From Octopus bimaculoides (Eukaryota), in contig NC_068982.1 of the NCBI RefSeq assembly GCF_001194135.2, positions 74,694,610 to 74,758,609 of the forward strand: 64,000 nucleotides of DNA. The letters are read 5' to 3'. Shown one piece after another: positions 40,200 through 50,934 of the stretch. The position numbers were made by a program, and so were the translations under genes. Numbering within the stretch: the first letter of the stretch is position 1; every line of letters starts with the position of its first letter. The notes under the pieces were generated by a model. That model saw only the letters and a list, made by a program, of their open reading frames with translations, had not been told where the DNA came from and did not search any database.

Positions 40200-40600
40200 G
40201 TGTAGGTGTGGCTGTGCATATGTGTAGTTTGCTTCCCGTTTACATGGTTTTGGTTCAGTCCAGTTGTGTGGCACCTTGGACAAGTATCTTCTATTGCCCT
40301 GCACTGGCCAAAGCCTTGTGAGTGCACTTGGTGAAAGAAACCTGTGTGTTTGTGTCTCTTTTTTTTTTTTTTTTTTTGTCTTGACATCACATGATGGTTG
40401 TAAGCAAGTGTCACAATCACAAGTAATTTCATTCATTTCCAGTCTGCCATAAAAACGTGTTTGGTTAAGGAGAAATATTACCTTACTTGGAAACAGGAAG
40501 AGCATCTACCTGTAAAAAAATCTACCTTGGCAGATTCTATCTGATCCATGCAAGCATAGAAAAGTGAAATTTAAAACAATAATGAGGAGGAGGAGGAGGA
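40200..40600 (+). mobile_element. SINE type B
   Basis: Head, T-run, body and tail. Confidence 0.85.
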
Positions 40601-40659
40601 TGCTTTGCCTGATGCTAATTCTCACCTCTTTTCCTAGTAAGGGATCTCCTATTCTACAC

Positions 40660-40865
40660 ACCTTTGAAAAGGAAAGAACAATGTCACTGCTGGTAGCCTT
40701 GTAATTTTTAGAAACACAAACACACACACACTCCTGAAAGGCTTCTTTCAGATTCCATCTATTAAATCCACTCACAAGATTTTGGTTGACCCAAAATAGA
40801 ACATGCTGCACAGTAGGACTGAATTCAAGACTACATGGTTGGGAAATGCACTTTTTAGCAACAAA
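40660..40865 (-). mobile_element. SINE type B, partial, inverted
   Basis: Reverse-complement head module. Confidence 0.75.
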
Positions 40866-41031
40866 TCTATGCTTGTGTCCATGTTGCTTTGTTAATATAC
40901 ACAGTTGGAATGTTTCAAGTATTGTGGAGGGATTTGGTAATTCTAAATTAAATCTATATAAAACAGATCTTTTCTGCTTTAAGTTATTTCAAAGTAGCTC
41001 ATGAATATTTTGTTTATTAACAGATATAACA

Positions 41032-41324
41032 ATGGAAAAAAATCCAAGTGGGGAAAGTAATGGTGTAACAGAAGGAAATGCTACTTCAAAGGGGTCTCCT
41101 ATAGCACCAGAAACTCCCACAAGCACAACTAAGGAATCTGATAATGCAGAAAATCTCTCAACAACTGATTCTAGCAAGGTCGCCTCTGTTCCAGCTACTG
41201 TCTCATCAACATCTTCTGCCAATTCTTCCCCTTCTACACCACCAGAAAATTGCATTCCTTCAGAGGATACTGCCAGAGAAACTACTGACAATTCTCCACC
41301 AGGTGATAAATCTTCAGAATCAAG
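41032..41324 (+). CDS. GATAD2: GATAD2/p66 coding exon 1 (Ser/Thr/Pro-rich N-terminus)
   Basis: Acceptor ttaacAG ends at 41023. ATG at 41032 is in good context (ACAATGG). The frame MEKNPSGESN...DKSSES is open and ends at donor AAG|GTGAGT (41324/41325), phase 2. It joins in frame to the next exon. An upstream coding exon cannot be excluded. Confidence 0.8.
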
Positions 41325-41352
41325 GTGAGTGCTTTTTTTTTTTTTAAAGTTA

Positions 41353-41795
41353 GTCACCTTTTAATATCATTCTGTTCATGGCCACCCTTGGTTCTATGAT
41401 ATAATTTTCTCATTTTAAAGTAATCTAAATTAAAACCTTTTCATTAAAAGTTCATATTTATTTTATATTGCGAACACCAACTTAACCCTTTAAAAATAAA
41501 TGCCAAAGGGTTAAGCTGGTGTTATATTTGGCCTAGATATTGTGTTATATGTTGAAACTGGACAGATCTGGCTGCTCCAGAAAAATACCCTAGAAAAATA
41601 AATGATCGCATCGTTGAAATCTCAAAGCTATGAGATAAAGCATCATTAATTCAAAACAATGCGAATAGATAAGCATTACATTTGACAGAGTAATCTGAAT
41701 GCTAAAGGGTTAATATTGGACAGTTACTTTACTAAATTCTTCAGTATTTTCAAAATTAAAACAAAGCGTTTATATTCCAACAAAAATATGGTAAC
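41353..41795. mobile_element. MITE P1 interrupted at its internal TTAA by a second piggyBac-type MITE (P2, 41486-41709)
   Basis: The P1 body stops at caccaacTTAA (41482-85). The insert runs CCCTTT...AAAGGG, then TTAA (41710-13), and the P1 body resumes. Confidence 0.75.
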
Positions 41796-43485
41796 AAAAG
41801 TTTATGCTTTTCCCATAGGGTACCTCATTTTTGTGTGTGTTTAAGTGTTCTCTTAATCTGAAATGGAGGTTTTTAAAAATCAGTAATAATTAAGTCTATT
41901 GTAACATATTACAATGTTCTTTTATAAACTTTTTTTTAATACAGAAAGTTCAAATTGGATGAGAGTTAAAATAGCTTCAGATTAAATAATTGAAACATGT
42001 TATAAAATAACGAGTGATAGGAAAGCTTAGCTGTCATTTGCAAATGTAACTTAGCAGCATGTACAGGTTGCAGGCAAAACAAGCCCTCAAATTCACCATT
42101 CTCGATAAGCATTTCAATAGCAAATGCACTATGTGCACTGGTCCAAACCATAATAGTAACTGAAGAAAAAAAAATGGTTATATATCAGCTGCATGAAGAT
42201 ATTACCACCAGCCTAACTTCACTAGCATCACACCAATGACTGTGTAAAATATGAAAAGTCTTTCTTCCTCATACTGTATTTTGTTTAATACTAGTACTAA
42301 AAGAAATTATTATTCTTAGTGTGTTATTGAATAAACATAAGATTTGGTCAGAGCTTGTTCATTGCCCTAGTAGTTAGTTTTTTCTATATCATAGAGCTGT
42401 TTTGCACTAGATTCATATCTATTTCATAATGATGTTCTTATTTGAATTCTAATCTGATTGTTCCTACTTTTTGTATATATTTCTTTAAACAAAATAGCTT
42501 TTATGTTTTGGCTTATGTATAATCAAATTGTTTATCAAGTTATATACATATTGTATGTAATACAGTTTTATGTCAGATCTTCATAGAGTATAAACTTGTC
42601 AACTGAGTAAACCTAAACATAGGTAGTTTGTTGCTCTCAATCTAATGATATAGAAGGCAAATTTCTCTCTCTAAAAAGAAATACCTTCAGCATTTCTGGT
42701 AATGCAAGAACACTAAGTCTTTAAGACAGCATGATAATCACTCTAGTCATGAATGAGAGATGAGGGCTCCTGAACTTCTTGCTAACAACCTGCACAGATG
42801 ATTTGCTTATAATAATCAAATGTTTGTGGTGTACATTAATCTCACTCTGTCCAACAAATTGACATTGCCAGTACAAGTGCACAATGTGCCACGTGTCGAA
42901 GTGGTCACAGAGCAACATGAAATTGTTACATCTTGGTTTAACACTACAGCCTGGCATCTGGGTACCTTTGGCAGAATCCACTCTGTTGCAAGTATTTGGA
43001 TTTGGACCAGGTCCCTGGTTAAGGATAACTTCCTCCCTCCCACCTACTAGTCTCAGAAACCCTCTAAAGAGTCATAGACAATGCTTTCCCTCCCGAATCA
43101 AAAAACAAAAGATTTAGAATTAATTGAAAGCTTTGGTTTCTCTTCATTAAGACCCATTAATGACTGAGGAAAGTATGAACATCACACAATCTCGTTCTTT
43201 CTTAAAATACTGAGGTTTGGCATCTAAATGAGCAATCAAAATTACATTATTTTATATTCATATTTTATGAAGTTATGATGTGCTACATATACTACTTATA
43301 AACTATACAATAACAATATGCTATGTAAATAATATTTTTAATATAAAATGTATTATTATAAATTTTTAGCAGCTTGTTATTCAATAAGAGTATTATAATT
43401 GATTTTTCAGGATGTAGTTTTTGATAGGTTTGCATGTCATTGTATTGTATGTGTTATGGCTATATGTCTGTTATATATTTTCTAG

Positions 43486-43686
43486 CACTAAACTTGGAAC
43501 AGATGATAAAAAAGCTAGTAATGAAGAAAAGCGACCAGTTGCACTGGGAGCCCTGCCACCTATCAGAAAAGCGCCAAATAGTTCAAGCTCAAGTACCAAG
43601 TTGGATGACTCCAAACCAGCTATTTCATTAGCAAAATCGCCTACAGGACCTTCACCTCTGTCATGTGAGCCACCACCAGAGAAAAA
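43486..43686 (+). CDS. GATAD2: GATAD2/p66 coding exon 2
   Basis: Acceptor ttttctAG ends at 43485 and donor AA|GTAAGA is at 43686/43687. The exon is 201 nt, phase 2-2, and encodes STKLGTDDKK...CEPPPEK. Joining to exon 3 rebuilds KKLKLE, matching the K[KR][IL]KME motif of vertebrate p66. Confidence 0.85.
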
Positions 43687-43892
43687 GTAAGATATTCACT
43701 TATTTATTTGATAAATACATCTATTAAAGGTGTATATTGTGCATATCTATGTGGAAATTATATATTTTAAGTTTAGATTTACTTTAAATAGATTTATTTT
43801 ATATGAATTTAGGGCTTATTAAATATAGCTTTTATAGATGAAGTTTGGTATTTAGCATGTAGACAAAGTCTGTTGCTTTGAGAGACAACAAT

Positions 43893-44270
43893 GGAATCAT
43901 CATCGTCATCACTTAATGTCCCATGCTTGCATGGGTCAAGCAGAATTTTGTTGAGGGGCAATTTTCTACAGCCAAATATCCTCCCTGTCACCAATGCCCT
44001 CTCCTATTTCTATGGAAGGTAATATCTCCCTCTGACCAGACATGTTTTTCACTAAACTTGTATAATGGTGATGTTTGTTTACAACCATTACACTATCAAG
44101 TGAATGGTACACACACACATAACACTTTTTTTTTATTTCCATCTACCAGATCCACTAACCATACTTTGGTTGGCCCTGATCTACAGTAGAAGACACTGTC
44201 CAAGGTGCCATACTGAGAAAGAAGCTCTTGGTCCACAAAGCTGTGCCTGCACCTTACAGCCACACCTGTT
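43893..44270 (-). mobile_element. SINE type B
   Basis: Reverse-complement copy about 207 nt after the exon 2 donor. Confidence 0.8.
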
Positions 44271-45849
44271 TCTTCTATCCACACTGTAAACCAGGCATGA
44301 TCACAAATTAATACCCTGGTAGAAAAAAATAGTTCTGTTGAGAGTTATGGGGAATATTGCTAAATGTATTGTCAGGTGTTTCACTGGCCAACAGTGACAC
44401 CTCACTCTGTGTAATGTTGAGGAAAGAGAAGTAAGTTATCAATTACATGGTTTGAGGGGTGCGCAAGAATTGTCTTTGAACAACTTGGAATTGTTGACCA
44501 CAGAATGAATACATCTAGTGCAATAGTGCAAGCTGAATAACACCACCAACTCTTGTTGTAATCTACAGAAATTAGAAAATAGTAGAATAAGGAGGTTAAA
44601 TTCTACAGTAATGTAAGAAGTTTAAAGTGTGTGGGCTTTCATTAATGATTGAAAGATTCACTTTCTCAGCAGTTGGAATGTGATACAAATATTAAACATA
44701 ATCTATCGAATATTATTTGAAATTAGGATATTATAAAAGATTAAATCCCAGAATACATTACAGGGTGTACACATTATCGTTTTTTGCCTTTTTTTTTTCC
44801 TGTTGCCAACTATTGTTCTTCAAGTAAGGATATGAAAGTGCCAAATGATGGAATGTAATGCTGATGGGATAGAGGAAATGTGTACACACACACACACTTC
44901 TCTCTCTAAGCAGACACTGGAGCACAATGCAGTCCTTGGACTCATCAGATCCTTTCAAACCATAGAACTCGTACCAGCATGGAACATGGATGCTACATGA
45001 TGATATATATATATATATATATATATATANNNNNNNNNNTGTGTTTGCCTTTACATTCATTTTTCCATTCTAGCATGGATTGGACAGATATATTGCAGAA
45101 TGGCTAGAATTTCATCCTGTCACTAACCCTCATTTCTTGTTTTTCAATTAGAGGCACACGTCCAGTGGACAATTTGTTGACAGGAATAAATGACAACAAT
45201 GTCATCACTTATAGCTCAGCACTTTTTAGAGAAGTGAAAATGTAAACAAACACATATGACAAGCTTCTGCACATTATTTAACTTCAACCACAAGAATTGA
45301 TTACCTTACAAGGTATTCTGCTAGGGATGGGATCCAAAATCACATAGTTGTAAAATGAATCACACTACTAAACTTGTCATAATATAATGCAAACTATCTT
45401 AATTTTAACCTTTTGTGAGCATATTTCTGATGAAATACACTGCTTATGTTTTAATTAATTTTGAAAATAATCAAAAATTTGAATAATTTGGTGAAATTGA
45501 TTGGTATTTTGAACATTACTTAATAGAAAAGTTCTTAGCTTTTCAAATTAAAAATGGAACAGAAGGGCTGCCTAAAGTCTGGTGAGTGAATTTTGTAGAT
45601 GAAAATGGCAGAAACCTGTCGTGTGTGATATACCTTTCGAACTAGGGCACAGGCATGGCTGTGTGCTTCTAAACCATGTAGTTTGGGATTCAGCAGGAGG
45701 GGAATCTGGCTATAGAAAATCTGCTCCAGCAAAATTTCACCTAACCCAATACAAGCATGGAAAAAGTGAATGTTAGGATGATGATAATGATGATTTTATA
45801 TGAGCAAATTAAAAGCTGTCTCAAAAGGGTTGGCCATTATTGAAGTTGA

Positions 45850-46064
45850 CCCTTTCATTTCCAGTGTTGAAAACTGCCTTTGCTTTAATTAATTTTTAAA
45901 ATAATGAAGAATTTAGTAAAACAATTTTGTCATCATTATACTGATATTTAGAATATAAATTAACATGAAATTTTTTAGAAGGTTTTAATTTAGATCATTT
46001 TCAAACAAGAAATTTATTATATCACAGAACCCAGGACAGTCTCAGGCTGGTTGACATCAAAGGA
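45850..46064. mobile_element. piggyBac-type MITE P1
   Basis: TTGA|CCCTTTCATTTCC...GACATCAAAGGA|TTAA. Confidence 0.75.
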
Positions 46065-48179
46065 TTAATGCATTTTTAATAGTGTTTGGTGTTCAAAATA
46101 AGTTTATTACTAAATTTCACTTGCATGTCTAACCACATGCTAATAAGATCACTAAATCATGAAATTTGTAGCAGCATTACTTTCCTTTTTAATAATGTAT
46201 GGATGTGATACAGTATTTGACCTAATTTTTCATGAAATAATTAGGCTAAGTTGAAAAAATATTCTAATGAACAAATTTAGTGAATGTTGGGGTCTTGTTT
46301 AGCTATGTGAAAAAACATAAACTTCAACTCTTGAAGGTCACATTTTTTAGATATTTGTTGTGAAATTTTTGCTAAACCTTAAGTAAATTTTAATGAATTT
46401 GTGTATGGAGTGCATTAAATATCTTAAGTCAGCAAATTTATGCAATATAGGCTAGTTTAATCATGTGTGTATTCTTTAAAATAACATTGATGCAGCAGGC
46501 ATGGCCAATGCTGTGTGGTGAAAAAGTTCACTTCACAGCAATGCGGTTTCAAGCTCAGGCCTACTGCACTGCACCTTGGGCAGGTTGCATCCTCTACAAC
46601 TCCAGACCAACTAAAGTCTTGTCAGTGAATTTAATCAGCAGAAACTGAAAAGAAGCCAACACTGACTAACAGGAGACCAAAGTGTGGCCAGGCTGGGGCA
46701 ATGCCTTCAAAGTTTTTACTTGGTTATATTGATTCCAGTACATTGCTTTACACTTATTTTATTAATCACTTTAGAAGAAAGGTTAAGTTGACTTTGGCAT
46801 AAAGGGATTTATACATCCATACCTGTTAACGGTAATTTTTAATACTTTTCTCGCTGGATTGTGTGCTTGTTTCTCTTTTTGTCATCTGTGATTTTATTTT
46901 TGATCTTCTATATAAATGAAAATATTTCCTTTGTCTGGCTGCTTTTCTCTCTGCAAAACGGAAAGTTACATTGTGGAACAGTCATTTTAACGAGTTGTAT
47001 TTAATTATTACCTGAGGAGATACATCTGCACCACCAGATGCTCCTGAGCCAGATGTTGAGTGTCCCACCCAAGAGAAATCGATGCTAGATGTGTTGAAAC
47101 AATTGTCTTGATTAATAATAAATTCTTGTATATTCCATCTTCTGTCTATAATTTGCTATATACCTAATGATCACTCTGAAAGTGAACGTGCTTTACCAGT
47201 AAGCTACCAGGTGTAAATCATTCGTTTTATTATCCATTATATATATATATAAATAAAATATAGGTAGAGAGGTGCGTGTGTATGCAGGGAGGGGTGTTAC
47301 CTGTCTTGATGTGATGCAGTAGTAGTAAACAAACCTTACCACATACAAATGGGGTTGTTTACAATCTCCTGTGAAAACATTACTTACATGGAAACAGATG
47401 AGGGTTAGTGAGAGCAGGGCATCCAACCTTAGAAAATCTACCTCAGTGGCTCTCATATGATGCATGCAAGCATGGAAATGTGGGTGTTAAAGCAACCATG
47501 ATGTTTTTCAATTCTCAAACTACTTGTAATAAGAATAGGTAGGAGAGAAGTTATTCTGTTTAATGAAATCGCAACAACAAATATATTTTCTTTTTTATTT
47601 ACATTGGGTGTGTGGTTAAGGTTTGTTTGAAACTGATTTGCTGTGTGGAAGCTTGTTAGATGTATGTGTATCAGTGAGAGATGTCCAAACAAAAATACCT
47701 TGTGGTATTTAGTTAGATCCCTTTAAGCCAAAGTCAACTTAACCTTTCTGAAGTGATCAATAAGATAGGTGCAAAGCTTGGCCACACACTTGGATCTTCT
47801 ATTAGTGTTGGCTATGCATCTGCACATGCACAGGCTGTTTTCTTTGTTAAGACGACAACTAACTGTTAGATTGCATGCNNNNNNNNNNATACACATCCAA
47901 GGAAATGGTCACTGAAAGGATGGAAAGTAAAGTTGACCTTGGTGAGATATTTACTGAGCACCAAGAGTTGAGACAAATGCTCCAAGCCATTCTTATTTGT
48001 CTCTCTAATCATCTTGCCAATTCACCTCACTCCACAATGGCTTAGCTGTCATAAGTAAATGAGTATGACCTGGTAGCTTCTATCGTGCTTTTACTAGTCA
48101 TTTGGGGTCCTCTTGTCGTGAGCAGTCATAGATACCCTTTCAACCCTCAAGCAGCAGAACATCAGTGAAAGGTACATCA

Positions 48180-48315
48180 GCAGTTGGTTGCAACTCATTT
48201 GGAACAATATGAAATGAAGTGCTTTGTTCAAAGACAACACACTGCCCAGTTCAAGAATCAAACCCACAACCCTGCAGTCATGAGCTGGACTCTTTAACCA
48301 CTTAGCCACATACCA
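48180..48315 (-). mobile_element. SINE type D head and CORE-like part
   Basis: Reverse complement of the 14892 family. Confidence 0.6.
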
Positions 48316-49289
48316 TTGACTAAAACTAATAAAACAGGGCTGGTCCAATGACTAAAGTCATGCCATCACCACTATTTCAGCTCTTTCCTGCTCCACCTGA
48401 TCATTCTTATCTTTTCCTAAATGAGAGTAGCCAAGTTGCTTTTCTACACCAAAAAACTTACTCTTCCCCCCTTCTTTCATACTATAACTCCTCAGCTCCT
48501 AGCATAAAGCCATGTGACCCCACCCTCAGGGTTCAAAATCTAGCAAGCTGCATGCTGACCTCACTAGTGCTGGTGGCACAAATAAAAAATGCACTCAGCA
48601 TATGTTATAAAATTATTGGTGTTAGAAAGGGCATCCAGCTGTAGGCACCATACTATATCAGACACTGGAACATGATGCAGTTCTTGGGTCCATTGGATCC
48701 TGTCAAATTATCTAGTCCATTCCAGCTTGGAACATGGGCATTAAATGATGATGATGATGATGACGGCGATGAGTCAAACACTTGTATCTGACTTGCTTAT
48801 TGTAATCCTGTCCTGTTTTAGTAGCTCAATCAGTCATCCAAATTGAATGTTTTAATTTATGTCCAGCTTTTGCTACTACTAGAATCCAGCTCCCCCAACT
48901 TGAAGTGTAACCAATTACATGAATGTGTTTTTACAGAATTAGTCATCAACTATATAGCCTTGATATCTCTGCAATCTATCCTTGCTGCTTTGTTTATTAT
49001 CACTGTTAGTACTAACATGATAGCTGCTCTAATGTATTCACTTTCTTCTTTCTTTTTTTTATAACACTTCCCTCCCCTTTTTTTTTTTTTTTCTTTTACA
49101 AAAGAACTTATAGGTGGTGTCACTAGAATAACAACTGCATCACTTAATGAGGTTTAACTGCATTTAGAGCTGCTGGGAAATTTTCAGCTGAAGTCAAGAT
49201 TACTGTCTAACTAATTTGATCATCTTTAAGATTATTTAAAACTTTTAATGGAAAATTAAATTCTAATCTTCTGCTAAAAACAAATTAAA

Positions 49290-49690
49290 TAGTTGTCATT
49301 GTCCTTTCTATGTCCACTTTTCCATGTTTGCATGGGCTAGATGGAGTTTATTGAAGCCTGATGCCCCTCTAGTTGTTAACCTTCACTTGTTTCCAAGTCA
49401 GCTAATATTTTCCCATGACATGCTTTTACACAATACTAGAAATGAATGACACTGCTTGTATGACAGTGACACTCATTTACAACTCCCATATGATGTTGAG
49501 ACAAGGAGAAAAACATACACACACACACGCCAGACGTCTTTTCCGTCTTCATCTACCAAATCAACCCTCAAGGCTTTGGTTAGCCTGGGGCTATAGTAGG
49601 AGATACTTGCTCAAGATGCCACATAGTGGAACCGAACACAGAGCCATATATTTGGAAAGTAAAATTCTTACCCATATGGCCACACCTAGA
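49290..49690 (-). mobile_element. SINE type B
   Basis: Full reverse-complement copy. Confidence 0.8.
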
Positions 49691-49928
49691 ATTTAATCAA
49701 CCTTTTAAAGAATGCTGAGAATTACTGTTCTAATTTGCTGGTTTCAGGTTTTGTACACTTAATTATGTATTGCATGAATGTAACTTTTAATATCTAAATT
49801 TATAATTTAATTAATGCTATATTACACAGTGGTCAAAGGATTTTATTTGGAAAAAAACTTTTTAAATTTAACTCCAGTTCATTTCACATGTTTGACTTAA
49901 GGATTAATTAAATTATAATGACTCTTAA

Positions 49929-50199
49929 CCCTTTTATTGTTATATTTCTAATTAGTAAATTTCCTGTGTGTTTCAATTAATTTTCAATATCATAAAGATT
50001 TGAGTAAGGTTTAGTGAAATATCTGTTACTTATATACAACCACTTTTATACGTAAGTATATATACACACACATTAATATATGTTATGTTGATGTTGACAA
50101 ACCAAAATCTTCTGATATTCATGTTTTAATTGAGATTTTAATCAAGATCTTTAATTTAAATATGATTATTTTAGTGCAAGTGGGTTTGTATTAAAAGGG
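49929..50199. mobile_element. piggyBac-type MITE P1 with a microsatellite-like insert
   Basis: TTAA|CCCTTTTATTG...TATTAAAAGGG|TTAG. Confidence 0.7.
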
Positions 50200-50299
50200 T
50201 TAGAGTCATCATTTGAATATTAATTAAGAATAGGAAATTAAATTTTGTGCATTTTATTACCAGACCATCAGCTGTTCCTATATATTGTTGGTCACAATA

Positions 50300-50690
50300 G
50301 TTTCATTCTTCTCCTTGATTGAGCCAAAATTCATCTTGGAGGTTTGTTGTGTTGTCCCTTCTGATCTCTTGGCCACCACTTGACAAAGCGCACATTCACC
50401 TCTTGTCTGTGAGTCTTGCAACGTATCTGGTTCTGCAGAAATTTCTCTTTCTGCATTCCACAATCACATCATTTGCTCTACTCCATTCTCAAACTATCCC
50501 ATGGGTACATTCCCATAATTATATTCCTGGCATGGATCTTTCCATGGCCCTCTGTGTCATAGTCAGTCTGTTTTTCTTTCTTCTTTGTGGAAGACCACAT
50601 TTCACTTACATATAAGAACACAGGCAGGACAATTTTATTGAAGAGATTAGCATGTGGGGTTAGGCACTCATCTTCCATCTTGACATGTAT
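50300..50690 (-). mobile_element. RTE-clade LINE 3' coding fragment, decayed
   Basis: Minus frames give ANLFNKIVLPVFLYVSEMWSSTKKKEK, QRAMERSM and DVIVECRKR...YVARLTDKR, matching the RTE post-RT region. Confidence 0.8.
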
Positions 50691-50934
50691 TTACAGCCTG
50701 CCTACACAGCCAGTAGGGTGGTGTCATATAATAGCTAAAAGAATGCAAAAAGATGAGCCTCACTCTCTTGAATAAATCAAAGTAACGGGTTTTATAGCTG
50801 TTTTAAGTCTACTTCAAAATAAGCTTGTTGAAAGAATTGAGTTTTTTTTAAAAATTTATTTTGTTTTTGAAAACTTTAACATGAAATTATATTCCTCGAT
50901 TTTTTTTTTCTTCTTTTTCTTTTTTTCTTCTCAG

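Noticed and set aside
44376-44430. Possible cryptic 55-nt exon ending in GTAAGT
   Set aside because: Weak acceptor, immediate in-frame stop and no other support.
44925-44958. Minus-strand CTGATGA-GTC-CAAG-GAC resembling a hammerhead core and stem II
   Set aside because: Followed by TGCA instead of GAAA, with no stem III; lies in a SINE tail.
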